A stretch of 64,000 bases of DNA from a virus (IMGVR_UViG_3300042896_000714:1-64000); one strand, 5' to 3'. Positions 19,173 through 29,349 are shown, counted from the stretch's first letter. Numbers and translations are program-made. The notes: a model not told the origin generated them from the letters alone.

Positions 19173-19955
19173 TCTTAGCATGGTATTTTTTTTCACCGCT
19201 GACTTCAAAATATTTAAATCCACGTTTAATTGTTTAGCATAGTGTAGTAATGCACTGGTATCTTTTGGAAAACACATACCACCAAATCCATATTGGCCAT
19301 CTGGTCCTGGTACTTGTAAGTGAGTCGGCCCCATTCGATGATCCATTCTTATCATTCTCTGCATATGCGGCCAACTACAATTCAGTGAATTTGCTAGTTC
19401 TGCAATTTCATTCATAAAAATTACTTTTGTGGCAAGAAACGAATTAATGGTATACTTTACTAACGATGCTTCAGTAATCGAGCAATGTATTGCTGTAACT
19501 TGGTCTTTGGTGTACTTAATAATGCGCTCTGCTTCGTATTTGTATGCAGCTATATTTCCGCCTATAATTGCCCAGTTTTCCACTGCATAATCATTTGATG
19601 CATTAGCGGCTGTTAAAAATTCTGGAACATACACTAAATTAGGATATTTTGCACCTAGCTCGGCGTATACATCAGGAGTAGCAGTTACTTTGCTAATAAT
19701 AACACCGGTGTATCCGGCAAGATCTTCAAGTACCTTTTCGAGTATGCTACTGTCACAACTACCGTCTTGGTTTTGTGGACTAGGAACACACACAAAAATG
19801 CCATCACATGTTTTTAATTCATCATACGTGGCATTCATATCTTTTGCAGGATCTCGCAAATACAGTGTAATGTTAGCTACGTTATACCTGATAGCATCGC
19901 CAACAAATCCAACACCGATAATCCCTATTTTAGCTTTTGAATAGAAGTCGTTCAT
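19155..19955 (-). CDS. UDP-glucose/GDP-mannose dehydrogenase family protein (lacks the C-terminal domain)
   Basis: GIIGVGFVG Rossmann motif, FVCVPSP, PEFL, KY..NSFLATK, catalytic GFGGMCFPKD. Confidence 0.85.
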   Translation of the reverse strand: MNDFYSKAKIGIIGVGFVGDAIRYNVANITLYLRDPAKDMNATYDELKTCDGIFVCVPSPQNQDGSCDSSILEKVLEDLAGYTGVIISKVTATPDVYAELGAKYPNLVYVPEFLTAANASNDYAVENWAIIGGNIAAYKYEAERIIKYTKDQVTAIHCSITEASLVKYTINSFLATKVIFMNEIAELANSLNCSWPHMQRMIRMDHRMGPTHLQVPGPDGQYGFGGMCFPKDTSALLHYAKQLNVDLNILKSAVKKNTMLRLQLSK

Positions 19956-20242
19956 TTTAGTTTATCCCATGTGGTGTATTTTGCTAATTCATTAATATAT
20001 TCATCATATATTTTCTTTAATTTGGGATACTTCTCCTCCATCTCAATATTTCGAGGAGGAATCCCGAGTACCTTTTCAATTCTTTCGAGTCGTTCATCGA
20101 GGAACTCACCATTTATTCGCATACGTCCGTTAACGTCCAGCGTGGAAGTCGCGCCATTGATATTCAATACTGAATTAGAAAACGTTGACGCTGCACTAAT
20201 TGTATGGGCGTTTGTGTCCACTGTTGTATTAATAAAAGTCAT
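19952..20242 (-). CDS. Hypothetical protein
   Basis: 96-aa ORF with ATGA overlap. Confidence 0.6.
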   Translation of the reverse strand: MTFINTTVDTNAHTISAASTFSNSVLNINGATSTLDVNGRMRINGEFLDERLERIEKVLGIPPRNIEMEEKYPKLKKIYDEYINELAKYTTWDKLK

Positions 20243-20303
20243 AGTTTTAAATTTGAAGACGGCTGTGAGCCGTCTTCATTGTTAAGTATATTGATTTACT
20301 ACG

Positions 20304-21335
20304 TTATGCACCTTTAATGGATTGACGACGTATGTCAGCCAAAACCATATCTTGGCATAAAGTTTTAAGAGGTGTTTCTGGTTTCCAACCTAGTATATCA
20401 TATGCTTTTGATGGATCACCAACAAGCATATCAACTTCAGCTGGTCTATAAAACTCAGGATTGATCTTCATCACAACTTTTCCAGTAGCAGTATTCCGTG
20501 CAACTTCATCAATACCAGATCCGGAAAATTCAATATGAATATCTGCAGCTTCAAATGACATTCGAACAAACTCACGAACTGCTACAGTACGTCCAGTTGA
20601 TAATACAAACGAGTCCGGAGTATCTACTTGCAGCATACGATACATGCCGTCTACGTAATCACGAGCATGCCCCCAATCACGTTGCGCATCAATGTTTCCT
20701 AATTCAACATGCTCTTTTTTACCCAGTTTAATCTGTGCAACTGTATCGGTAATCTTACGAGTAACGAATTCAATACCACGAAGCGGGCTTTCATGATTGA
20801 ATAAAATACCGCTAGCTGCAAAAATACCATAACTTTCTCGGTAATTTACAGTTAACCAGTGTGCATATAACTTAGCAACACCATACGGGCTACGCGGATA
20901 AAATGGAGTTGATTCACGTTGCGGTGTTTCTTGAACTTTTCCAAATAACTCAGATGTGCTTGCTTGGTAATACTTGATCTTTGGATTAATAATTCGAATT
21001 GCTTCGAGTATATTAAGTGGGCCAATAGCGTTGATTTGTGAAGTTAGTACCGGTTGGTGAAAACTTGCAGCAACGAAACTTTGCGCAGCTAGATTGTAAA
21101 TCTCATCTGGTTCGACTTGGTTGATAATTCGAGCGATACTGCTAAAATCAGTAATATCATATTCAATTACTTTAAAATTTGGGTGGTTATTAACGCCCAA
21201 CTCCTCAATTCTCCAGAAGTTGGGCGTTGATACGTGGCGGCGGGCACCATACACCTCGTATCCTTTAGCGAGCAAAAGCTCTGCTAGATAGGCGCCGTCT
21301 TGACCAGTAATGCCGGTAACAATTGCACGTTTCAT
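20304..21335 (-). CDS. gmd: GDP-mannose 4,6-dehydratase
   Basis: [60 protein letters not shown]. Confidence 0.95.
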   Translation of the reverse strand: MKRAIVTGITGQDGAYLAELLLAKGYEVYGARRHVSTPNFWRIEELGVNNHPNFKVIEYDITDFSSIARIINQVEPDEIYNLAAQSFVAASFHQPVLTSQINAIGPLNILEAIRIINPKIKYYQASTSELFGKVQETPQRESTPFYPRSPYGVAKLYAHWLTVNYRESYGIFAASGILFNHESPLRGIEFVTRKITDTVAQIKLGKKEHVELGNIDAQRDWGHARDYVDGMYRMLQVDTPDSFVLSTGRTVAVREFVRMSFEAADIHIEFSGSGIDEVARNTATGKVVMKINPEFYRPAEVDMLVGDPSKAYDILGWKPETPLKTLCQDMVLADIRRQSIKGA

Positions 21336-21374
21336 ATGTATTCCTAAAATATAATTTTTATAACATTAACCAGA

Positions 21375-22463
21375 TTAAGTTAAAAACTTTCGAATGTCAT
21401 TAAACATAGTTGTTCCATTAAAGAACTTTTCCTGCATTGCACTAGTTTGTTCTTCAACAGTTTGTTTAAGACTATCATAATTTTCAACAAACTCGATAAT
21501 GCGATTGGCTAATTTAGCTTTGTATAACCCAAAGTCTGTGTACAAATCATCAGATGCATCGTACTTAAACATGTCATCGTAAATTTCTTTGTAACTAAGC
21601 TTATTTGGAACAAGTGGGATGCATCCAGAAGTCATTGCTTCAAAAATACCAATGCCCAAGTTTTCATGTTTATTTGCCGAGAACACTACCTTGCATGTCT
21701 TAAGAAACGCATAGTACTGCTCCTTAGATAAATTTTGCTCTTGAGTTTTAATAAATTGAATATGTGGATGTGTTTTATGTACTTCATCACGCAATTCATC
21801 AAAAATCCATGGAGCTTTATCGTAGTTTAACCGATGTGGGAAAACTACGATATCTTGTTTTTCTGAATCATTTTTTAATTCAGAAATCCATTCGAATGGG
21901 TAGACCCCAGGACTAAAACATTTCTGGTTCTTTAATTCAGCATCATTAAGTTCCAATGTTTTAAGGAATAAATCACGGTTATGGTAAGTTCCAAAAAAGT
22001 TTTGATCCATTGCATGATATAAACTCTTTTCAAATGCTGAAGCCCATTCTCGATTTTTAATCGATGCACCTAGTATGTCTGTTGGATCATACCAACCAGC
22101 ATGCCAAATGCCACCAATATGCACTTTAATATTAAGCAGTTCACTCATATATTTAATGTAGTGAACTGTTTGGTTCCATGCATCAGTAAAGAAGAAATAG
22201 TCTCCGTCTTTAATCACATTACTGTTGAACATTTGCGCAATTTTTACTGCTTGCGAAGCTTTGTACTCGCAAGTTCCAGCAAAATTGAAAAATGCTCCTG
22301 ATTGCGGTTTATCGTATCCAGTTGCTTCACCAGCAATATTTACAATTGTAAATAAGTCTCCCAAATGCTTTTCAGTAATTTCAGGAAACCATGTGCGCCA
22401 TTGTTTTGTGTAACGGTTGTCTAGAGGCTCCGTATCCACAATGTAGAACGTATTTTTATGCAC
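21375..22463 (-). CDS. GT-B (GT4-like) glycosyltransferase
   Basis: FPHRL..DK, ENLGIGIFEAM..GCIPLVP (ExxGxxxxE) motifs; likely GTG start overlapping the stop of 22456..22650. Confidence 0.82.
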   Translation of the reverse strand: MHKNTFYIVDTEPLDNRYTKQWRTWFPEITEKHLGDLFTIVNIAGEATGYDKPQSGAFFNFAGTCEYKASQAVKIAQMFNSNVIKDGDYFFFTDAWNQTVHYIKYMSELLNIKVHIGGIWHAGWYDPTDILGASIKNREWASAFEKSLYHAMDQNFFGTYHNRDLFLKTLELNDAELKNQKCFSPGVYPFEWISELKNDSEKQDIVVFPHRLNYDKAPWIFDELRDEVHKTHPHIQFIKTQEQNLSKEQYYAFLKTCKVVFSANKHENLGIGIFEAMTSGCIPLVPNKLSYKEIYDDMFKYDASDDLYTDFGLYKAKLANRIIEFVENYDSLKQTVEEQTSAMQEKFFNGTTMFNDIRKFLT

Positions 22464-22650
22464 GGTCACTGTATTCCTTTGTTGCGTTTCTTGCATGATA
22501 GTTTGCATAACGCTCGTAAGCTTGCCAGTTAATGTCTTTGCGATTGTACAAAGCCGCCTCGTTAAAAACTTTTCCGCCAAATCTGCAAAAGTTTTGATAC
22601 TTTTCAAGATCGGTAAAAATTTGATTTACTTTAGGGTTAGTGATAGCCAT
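22456..22650 (-). CDS. Hypothetical small protein
   Basis: AAGGA SD; 64 aa. Confidence 0.65.
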   Translation of the reverse strand: MAITNPKVNQIFTDLEKYQNFCRFGGKVFNEAALYNRKDINWQAYERYANYHARNATKEYSDRA

Positions 22651-22667
22651 GTTGTTTTCCTTAGAAA

Positions 22668-23060
22668 TTAATATTTAATAAACGAACCGTTTTCTTGGTC
22701 TTCAGAGACCTCAATCCGAACTTCTCTGTTTGGATACTTTTGTGAAATCTGAGCATATAAATCATTGCTCATCATCTCGCAACTCTTATAGTCTAACACA
22801 AGTGTAGCATCTTTGTAAAGACTTTCGAGCCATCTTTTGAATTGTATAAATTCAATATCTCGATCATCGTGCTGAACGCTAATCCACACTTTAAAGTGGA
22901 ATGTATGTCGATGTGGATATCCTAAAAAACTAACATCGTATTCGTCACCTGTTGCAAGTGCTGGATCAGTAAGTGCAGCAGGATACTTATGAATGCCTTC
23001 CTTTTGAAAAGTGACCCAAATAAATTTTGCTGGTCTAATATCTTGTTTAATTGTTGTCAT
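22668..23060 (-). CDS. QueD-paralog T-fold protein, DpdL-like (predicted 7-carboxy-7-deazaguanine decarboxylase)
   Basis: EGIH, LGYPHRHTF (LxxxHRHxF instead of QueD CxxxHGH), DRDIEF, SCEMM, VSEDQENG. Confidence 0.65.
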   Translation of the reverse strand: MTTIKQDIRPAKFIWVTFQKEGIHKYPAALTDPALATGDEYDVSFLGYPHRHTFHFKVWISVQHDDRDIEFIQFKRWLESLYKDATLVLDYKSCEMMSNDLYAQISQKYPNREVRIEVSEDQENGSFIKY

Positions 23061-23304
23061 TCTTTTTATTCTCTTCGTACTTTGCCATAAGGCGCGTTAC
23101 TGGTTCCATCTTTTCCTGAAAATGCCCAGGCGCACCTTCAGCCGCCACTTTCATATCCCATTCAGTTGGATAGTGCCGCAATATACTATATGCTCTTTCT
23201 CTGATACTTTTTGGAACACGTGGAGTCAAATCTGAACGACATAACTCCTCCATGAATTTTTTAGCCATTAACACAGATCGATATCTTTCATCAGGCATTG
23301 TCAT
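23047..23304 (-). CDS. Small hypothetical protein (BPSL0761-like)
   Basis: MTMPDERYR...LRHYP motif. Confidence 0.6.
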   Translation of the reverse strand: MTMPDERYRSVLMAKKFMEELCRSDLTPRVPKSIRERAYSILRHYPTEWDMKVAAEGAPGHFQEKMEPVTRLMAKYEENKKNDNN

Positions 23305-23306
23305 TT

Positions 23307-25100
23307 TTATACGTCCGGATTAAAGTCTGGTGGTACTGTTTCACGTTCAGCATCGTCTTGTTCATCTTCAGCTTCAAAAAGTTCGTCAGCAAGCGTAGTG
23401 GCATTTAATACTTTCTTACCAATGTATCCGTGAGTACCGAGGATTTCCATCCAGTACTTCGAATAAAACTCAACAATAGCTAACGCGTCATCTTTGGACG
23501 ACACAGAAAAGATTGCCTCTACGATGTCTTTAAATTTTTCTTTATTTGGTCCTGAATATTCCATCATCGATGGATAAGATCCAGCATCGTATTGCCTATT
23601 AGCTTCTTGTACAGCATAAATGTGCAAATATACATTGTGTCCCATTTGCAATGCGTAGCTAAAGCTATCCCAACTTGTTCGACCAATTTTATCAATCTTA
23701 TTTAGGTCTGGCAGCACATGGTAATGCTCTTTATTTTTAAAATCAAAATCAACGCCACCTAGTTCTGCATCAGTTTTGCGGACACCATCTTTGTACACGC
23801 AAATATCTTTAACTTTACACAATGCTGTTATTGGACTATCTTCAAACTTTGGAAATCTTTTAGGAAAATCAGTCAGTGCAGCATCACGAAATGTTCGATT
23901 ATCAGTTGCATATTTTTTGTTATCAAGACTTTTAATCATTCGATAACTCCAAGACTTATGATCAGCACCAGTATCAGTACTTTCAAACAACGTGTCTGGT
24001 AAGCTCGAATGTTTCGTATCTTTACCTACTCTAGTTTGATAATATATTTGCCCATTTGCCGTTGCTAAGAATGGACTTGCACAATCAAAGCTAATTGTAA
24101 ATTCTGGATTAACATGTTTACGAATTGATCGTTGGATGGCAGTTAATAAAACTGCATACTCCAATTTACTGGTTCCAAGTACGTGCAGCCAATCTTGCTT
24201 GCCTTGTTCCAACAATCCGTCGAATTTCATTTCAACAAGGCGTCGTAACATCAAGTGAATATCAGTTTTAGTTTGGCCACCAAACGCCCACCCATTAAAA
24301 TGCTTATCTGGATACTGTACCGGATCGCAATACTTCTTCATCTTGCTATACCAGTCGTCAGCTTGCTTATGATTGCTACCCTGCATAACATTTAAGAAAC
24401 GCGTGCCACCATCTTTAACGCCTTTACGATTCTTCATAAAGTACTCGTTATTATATTGAGTAGCAGCAACCGCTTGATCATAAGTTCGAACCCCACACAC
24501 TTCCTTTTGTGGAGTATGTGAAACCCAAGCTGGAATATCAAGAATCATACCATAGTTAGAAACCCCATCAAGCCATTTTAAAACGCCATCGCGCTTTTTT
24601 TGCGCATCGGCAAGTAACTTATGATGTTCTTTAACTAAATCAATAGTAACATCACGAGCCTTTTTAGTTACCGGATCTGTAATAGTACGAATTTCAGTTT
24701 TACGTGCAGTTGCATCGGCTAGTTCAGCAGCAACTTCTGGGCTATTAGGATCTTTCCAATTACCGGGCCATTGTCCTTTGGCAATCTGAAATCCTCCTGA
24801 GTCACCTAAAATGACTGTATTTGGATCGCGATCACGGACCATATCTTCGCTTGGATCAGGTGTAGTTAGATCCAAATTTGCATGCCCAGCGGAATATAGA
24901 GACCATTTATACGGAAATAATCCTTTCTGATCATTTAACCAGTTAAGTTCCTCCATATCAGTAAGTCCTGCAGGAAATCTAGAAGGCTCCACGTAGTTAT
25001 TATTAACCCGCTGTCTTCCAATAAATGTGGCGTAAAATCCGCTCAATGCCGGAAGAAAGACGGCATAGTCGTTTTGATTATCTGTTAAATTAGTATTCAT
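23307..25100 (-). CDS. dpdA: tRNA-guanine-transglycosylase-like DNA base-exchange enzyme (DpdA, probably DpdA2 type)
   Basis: TGT-fold motifs GDSGGFQI, LDIP, VMQG, GWAFGG, WLHVLGTSK, SFDCASPF; neighbours folE and queE. Confidence 0.8.
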   Translation of the reverse strand: MNTNLTDNQNDYAVFLPALSGFYATFIGRQRVNNNYVEPSRFPAGLTDMEELNWLNDQKGLFPYKWSLYSAGHANLDLTTPDPSEDMVRDRDPNTVILGDSGGFQIAKGQWPGNWKDPNSPEVAAELADATARKTEIRTITDPVTKKARDVTIDLVKEHHKLLADAQKKRDGVLKWLDGVSNYGMILDIPAWVSHTPQKEVCGVRTYDQAVAATQYNNEYFMKNRKGVKDGGTRFLNVMQGSNHKQADDWYSKMKKYCDPVQYPDKHFNGWAFGGQTKTDIHLMLRRLVEMKFDGLLEQGKQDWLHVLGTSKLEYAVLLTAIQRSIRKHVNPEFTISFDCASPFLATANGQIYYQTRVGKDTKHSSLPDTLFESTDTGADHKSWSYRMIKSLDNKKYATDNRTFRDAALTDFPKRFPKFEDSPITALCKVKDICVYKDGVRKTDAELGGVDFDFKNKEHYHVLPDLNKIDKIGRTSWDSFSYALQMGHNVYLHIYAVQEANRQYDAGSYPSMMEYSGPNKEKFKDIVEAIFSVSSKDDALAIVEFYSKYWMEILGTHGYIGKKVLNATTLADELFEAEDEQDDAERETVPPDFNPDV

Positions 25101-25154
25101 TTTATTTTTTAAAATTAAACAAGGAGAATCTCCTTGTTTAAATGTTTAACTAAT

Positions 25155-25886
25155 TTATTTAGATTGAGCAGGCAAGATGTAATTATATTCAGCCAATCCG
25201 CTATCAACCGTAATTTTCATTGCACCAGCATCAGTAATACGCATGGTCTTGTCCCCATCAAGATTAAGAATGCTCAGCACTTGCGTGACCGGCCAGGACC
25301 AAGTATGTTTCAATTTACCAGTAATTCCTGCTTGAAAAGTAAAGCTACCTGCGTGGGTGCTTGCATCACCAAAGAAGAACACAAGGTTGCCATTATCTGT
25401 CTTAACTTGAAACACATTTTCTTCGCTGTGTGCGCCTGCTTGTAACTTTAATCGACCGATAGCACTAATCATGGGAACAATTTCAACATCCCAATTGGCA
25501 CCTTTAAACTTGACAGTTTTTAACTTCTCGTTAATTACCTCAGTATTCATGAATCGGTAATCGTTAACAAAGTCACCTAGTGCATTTTCAAAGTGTAGTC
25601 CTACTGGCATGTCGATGCTATTTCGAATGGCATTAACAACTTCAATTTTTGCATTGTCTTTGTATTCTGGGTTCTTTAAGTGAAGATTAAGCTTGTCCAA
25701 GTTAGGCATACCAAAGACGCCTTCAAATTCTGAAACTGGCTTTTTAGTTTGAGCGCTGAGGATTACGCTCCTATCCTCCGCCATTGACTCAATCACAGTG
25801 GATTTATCATCGCCAGTAATTTTTACTAGTGGAAGAAATCCCAAGTTATGAGTGTGGGCTACGAGGTCAGTTAACATGTTTTTCAT
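25155..25886 (-). CDS. Probable DNA polymerase sliding clamp (gp45-like)
   Basis: 243-aa beta-rich two-domain pattern ending YNYILPAQSK; directly downstream of the DNA polymerase. Confidence 0.55.
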   Translation of the reverse strand: MKNMLTDLVAHTHNLGFLPLVKITGDDKSTVIESMAEDRSVILSAQTKKPVSEFEGVFGMPNLDKLNLHLKNPEYKDNAKIEVVNAIRNSIDMPVGLHFENALGDFVNDYRFMNTEVINEKLKTVKFKGANWDVEIVPMISAIGRLKLQAGAHSEENVFQVKTDNGNLVFFFGDASTHAGSFTFQAGITGKLKHTWSWPVTQVLSILNLDGDKTMRITDAGAMKITVDSGLAEYNYILPAQSK

Positions 25887-25915
25887 TTTTATTATTTTCC
25901 TAAAAGGTTATGTAA

Positions 25916-25944
25916 ATTATACAGTGAGTTGGGTTTGTTGTCAA
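25916..25944 (-). promoter_or_regulatory. Consensus sigma70 promoter
   Basis: TTGACA-17-TATAAT. Confidence 0.8.
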
Positions 25945-25956
25945 GAGTTATTTTAA

Positions 25957-28620
25957 TTAAAAGTCAAATAGCGAGTTAAAAGTATTTTTTGTTTCAGTAC
26001 TTCTAACGTCGTAATTTAAGACTCCGATTAAATTACCAATTTTATTATCGATAATAGTAGATTCCATTTCGTCATGTGCGAAGGGCAAATCTTTGAACCA
26101 CTGCGGTAAGCGAAGTTCGTCCACAGGGTATGCAACGCTTGTAAATCCTAACGGATTGTCTTTAACCTTGCAAACGATAACTTTCATACCGTCAACAATA
26201 TTCATTGAGTATTTGTCATCAAACATTCGCTTTAATGTATTCCAGTTAATCGATGCTCGAACATGCCCTGGCATATTTGCTTTACCTGCTTTGGTTTCTT
26301 TAGCTTGATATGCTGCAATGTTGTTAGCACGCTTTGGCGAGCCCTTTTCCCATCCTGGCCTAGCTTTGAACGTTGATCTAAAGTTACTAATCATATCGAG
26401 AATTTCTGCTTCTTCATGCCCAGTTAATACTTTTTCAAGTACTTCACTTAGGAAGTTTTGCATAAATTCAGGTGTATCACTGCGCTTTAAATCTAAACCC
26501 ATTGCTTTGATCTTGCCAGGCTTGCCGTCGATGTCACATCGTTTACCATCTTTGTCATAGTACAGCACTGCATACCGTTTCTTAGTAATAAACAATGATT
26601 TGCTCGCAACGATTTCTCGACCTGCTTTAATGACCTCGCCACGGCTCTTTGGACAATGAAATGCTGTTTCCATAAACTGCGGAAACGAAGCATTAACTTC
26701 CTCACCGATTTGGTCATACAATTGCACTACTGTATCCTTATTCCAAGGAATGATGCCTTTATCAATGTCTTTTTTCAGCGTTTTATAGGCACTAAAATAA
26801 CAAGAATCAGTATCACCGTAAATAATCGCTTTACCAACGTAGTTAAACTCGCCAGTAATAATCTCATTTACCTTAGCTGCCATTTGTTTAGCAATTTGCC
26901 GTCCAACAAGCGTTGTAGACTGCCCGATGCGCTTGTCAAAGAATCGGCAACCGCTTTGAAGCAAAGCTCCATACAAGCTATTCAAGTTAATCTTCTTAAC
27001 AAGTTGCCGTTTATCCCAGTATTCCTCTTCAATCTTGTTGCCTACTTTGATACAATCACGTAGTTTAGCCTGCATTTCCTTACGTTCGCTGTACCAACGC
27101 TTCAACAAGCCAGGAATAATGCCTTCTTTTTCGTAAGTAAAGATTGTACCGTTAGCACTAAGCATGAACGGGTTATTACTGTCAAAGATTAGTCGATTAA
27201 CTTCAGCGGCACTTAATACTGTGCTAGTACCTTCTTCCCAATCAATGGTAATCTCGGTCCCAATCTCGCTAGCCATTACTGACTCGTACTCCATTGATCC
27301 AAACATACCTTCCCAAGCGCCTGCAAACGATTTTCCTTTTGCAGTCTGTTTGGCAATATATTCGTCCGTTGTAGTTTGGCGTAATTGTCCGATAATGGTT
27401 TCATTACCCATATTCAACGCACGGATGGCACTTGGGTACAATGAGTTAATGTCTAAAGAGCCAATCCAATCGTGTATACCTTCTTTAGGGTATGCAACAT
27501 ACGCACCCGCGGCTGAGGTATCTTCACTGTCGTCACGCGGCTTGCGATTGGGCACTTGGAATCCGCGTCGATGCGCTTCGTTAATAATAGCCTGCTCAGT
27601 AACTGCAACTGCGCCCATCGTCGTTGGCAAAAGCACTGTATTTTCATGTGCAAGTGTATTAGCAAGATCCAAGAATTTTAACTTTTTATCTAGCTTCTCT
27701 AATAAAGTTGTGTCTTGCCTGTTGTATATAATAAACTTACGGAAGTCGTTGTTATACAGTTGATCAAGAGTGCCTTCGTACTGGGTCTTGGTTTCACCCA
27801 CTTCCATCTCGCCAATAGCATCTAATCGATATGTGTGACGTTCTTCGTAATTGTACTTACGATACAGCTCAAGACTGTCTAAGTGTACACGCCCAATTAA
27901 GTCATAAGTGGATGCCTTTTTACCGTATTTTTCGTACTCACGCTTCTTGGGGAACTGATCCCATAAGCAAAACCGACGGGTGTCATTGCGACTCAATACC
28001 TTAATAACACGGTTGACAGTGTATGGAATATCGAACCCTTCACTATTCCATCCACTTAGTACATCTGCATCCTCAATCAAGTTGAGAAATGTGTCCAACA
28101 TGTCTGCTTCGTTATCAAACAGTATCGTATTTGGAATATCTGCAACTAATTCACGTGCTTGCTCAATGGTAAGTGTCTTTGGAGGCACTGCTAAACATAT
28201 TAAGGTATCAAGCCATTGTAGGTGAACGGAGACTGCAGTGATTGGCATAAATGCATCTTCTGGAGATGCATATCCACGTTCAGGATCAAAGTCCACCTCA
28301 ATGTCAAACCATGCTATGTTAAGTTTAGGGACATCTGCATTAAGATAATTCTCACTCAAGCATACTAGTGCTGGCTTAAAGTCTGCTTCGAATATCTTTT
28401 TATTAGAATTAATTGCTAATTCTTTTCGGAAATCCTTTGATGTTTTACAGACAATTTTCTGTAATGGATCTCCAAAAATACTCATATACTTGCCTTTTGC
28501 TTCAGGCACGTAAAATGTGTATTTTACTGGAAAGTCTTTATATATTCTCTTTCCATCTTTTGATCGCTCGACTACTTTGACAGTGTCGGCATCTCTATCG
28601 TAATAGGCATCTACATACAT
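25957..28620 (-). CDS. Family B DNA polymerase (gp43-like)
   Basis: Exo motifs FDIEV, GWNSEGFDIPY, YNRQD; pol motifs DINSLYPS, KINLNSLYG, YGDTDS, KKRY. Confidence 0.96.
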   Translation of the reverse strand: MYVDAYYDRDADTVKVVERSKDGKRIYKDFPVKYTFYVPEAKGKYMSIFGDPLQKIVCKTSKDFRKELAINSNKKIFEADFKPALVCLSENYLNADVPKLNIAWFDIEVDFDPERGYASPEDAFMPITAVSVHLQWLDTLICLAVPPKTLTIEQARELVADIPNTILFDNEADMLDTFLNLIEDADVLSGWNSEGFDIPYTVNRVIKVLSRNDTRRFCLWDQFPKKREYEKYGKKASTYDLIGRVHLDSLELYRKYNYEERHTYRLDAIGEMEVGETKTQYEGTLDQLYNNDFRKFIIYNRQDTTLLEKLDKKLKFLDLANTLAHENTVLLPTTMGAVAVTEQAIINEAHRRGFQVPNRKPRDDSEDTSAAGAYVAYPKEGIHDWIGSLDINSLYPSAIRALNMGNETIIGQLRQTTTDEYIAKQTAKGKSFAGAWEGMFGSMEYESVMASEIGTEITIDWEEGTSTVLSAAEVNRLIFDSNNPFMLSANGTIFTYEKEGIIPGLLKRWYSERKEMQAKLRDCIKVGNKIEEEYWDKRQLVKKINLNSLYGALLQSGCRFFDKRIGQSTTLVGRQIAKQMAAKVNEIITGEFNYVGKAIIYGDTDSCYFSAYKTLKKDIDKGIIPWNKDTVVQLYDQIGEEVNASFPQFMETAFHCPKSRGEVIKAGREIVASKSLFITKKRYAVLYYDKDGKRCDIDGKPGKIKAMGLDLKRSDTPEFMQNFLSEVLEKVLTGHEEAEILDMISNFRSTFKARPGWEKGSPKRANNIAAYQAKETKAGKANMPGHVRASINWNTLKRMFDDKYSMNIVDGMKVIVCKVKDNPLGFTSVAYPVDELRLPQWFKDLPFAHDEMESTIIDNKIGNLIGVLNYDVRSTETKNTFNSLFDF

Positions 28621-29291
28621 ATCATTTTCCTTTTACAGTTTTCGCCGTGCCATCTTTTGTAATTTCCAGATCCGGCATATTTTTTACAATATTGGCATTT
28701 ATATTTTACTTTACTTGGATTTGATTTTGTAAAATTAGTGATCCTTAATTTTTTTAATTCCAGTAATTCATTTGACGTTAACAAAGGATTAGAAATACAG
28801 TTTTCTCCGTGCCATCGTTTATAGTTCACATCATTTGTTATTATATGACAAAAATTACACTCGATTTTCTTTAATGATCGATTCCGATGGCCAAGTGCAA
28901 TCGCAGCCCTCCCTTCGGACGACTTTGGCATACCTTTAGTTGCATCGCTAAAATTTTTAACATATTCTGGGTTCCGCATAGGATTATTATTCCCGGTCAT
29001 ATCAGGACGTAGAATGCCTTTACGGGAAAGTGCTGATAATTTTATCATCTGCAATCTTTCTTCTTCGGGCATTTTTAATCTAAATGAAATTGCCTGACAC
29101 GCCCAATAATCTCCTTGAGCAAAGTGTATATCGTAATGTTCCTGAAGAGACACGCACTGTAAGTTTGATAATTCATTGTTTGATGAATCTCGGTCAATGT
29201 GGTGAATTTCAAAAGATATACCTTTTTCGTCCAGTGGAATTGGTCCGAAGTTTTTCTCCCACAATCGCCGATATTTTGATCGTGATTTCAT
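28611..29291 (-). mobile_element. Free-standing HNH homing endonuclease
   Basis: EIHHIDRDSSNNELSNLQCVSLQEHYDIH HNH core, NNPM linker, two CxxC...YKRWHGENC repeats; AAGGAG SD before ATG 29291. Confidence 0.85.
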
Positions 29292-29301
29292 TAATTCTCC
29301 T

Positions 29302-29349
29302 TGTGATTTGCGGCTCACATATACCAATACTAATCCATTTTTGGCTGAT
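29302..29349 (-). promoter_or_regulatory. Twin hairpins before the SD (putative translational operator)
   Basis: UGUGA-GCCGCAAA-UCACA and AUCA-GCCAAAAA-UGGAU with related 8-nt loops. Confidence 0.35.

Noticed and set aside
21375-22607. 410-aa version of the glycosyltransferase ORF
   Set aside because: The N-terminal extension overlaps the SD-supported gene 22456..22650; a start near 22463-22469 is more plausible
25957-28620. Intein or split in the DNA polymerase
   Set aside because: 887 aa with all exonuclease and polymerase motifs at normal spacing
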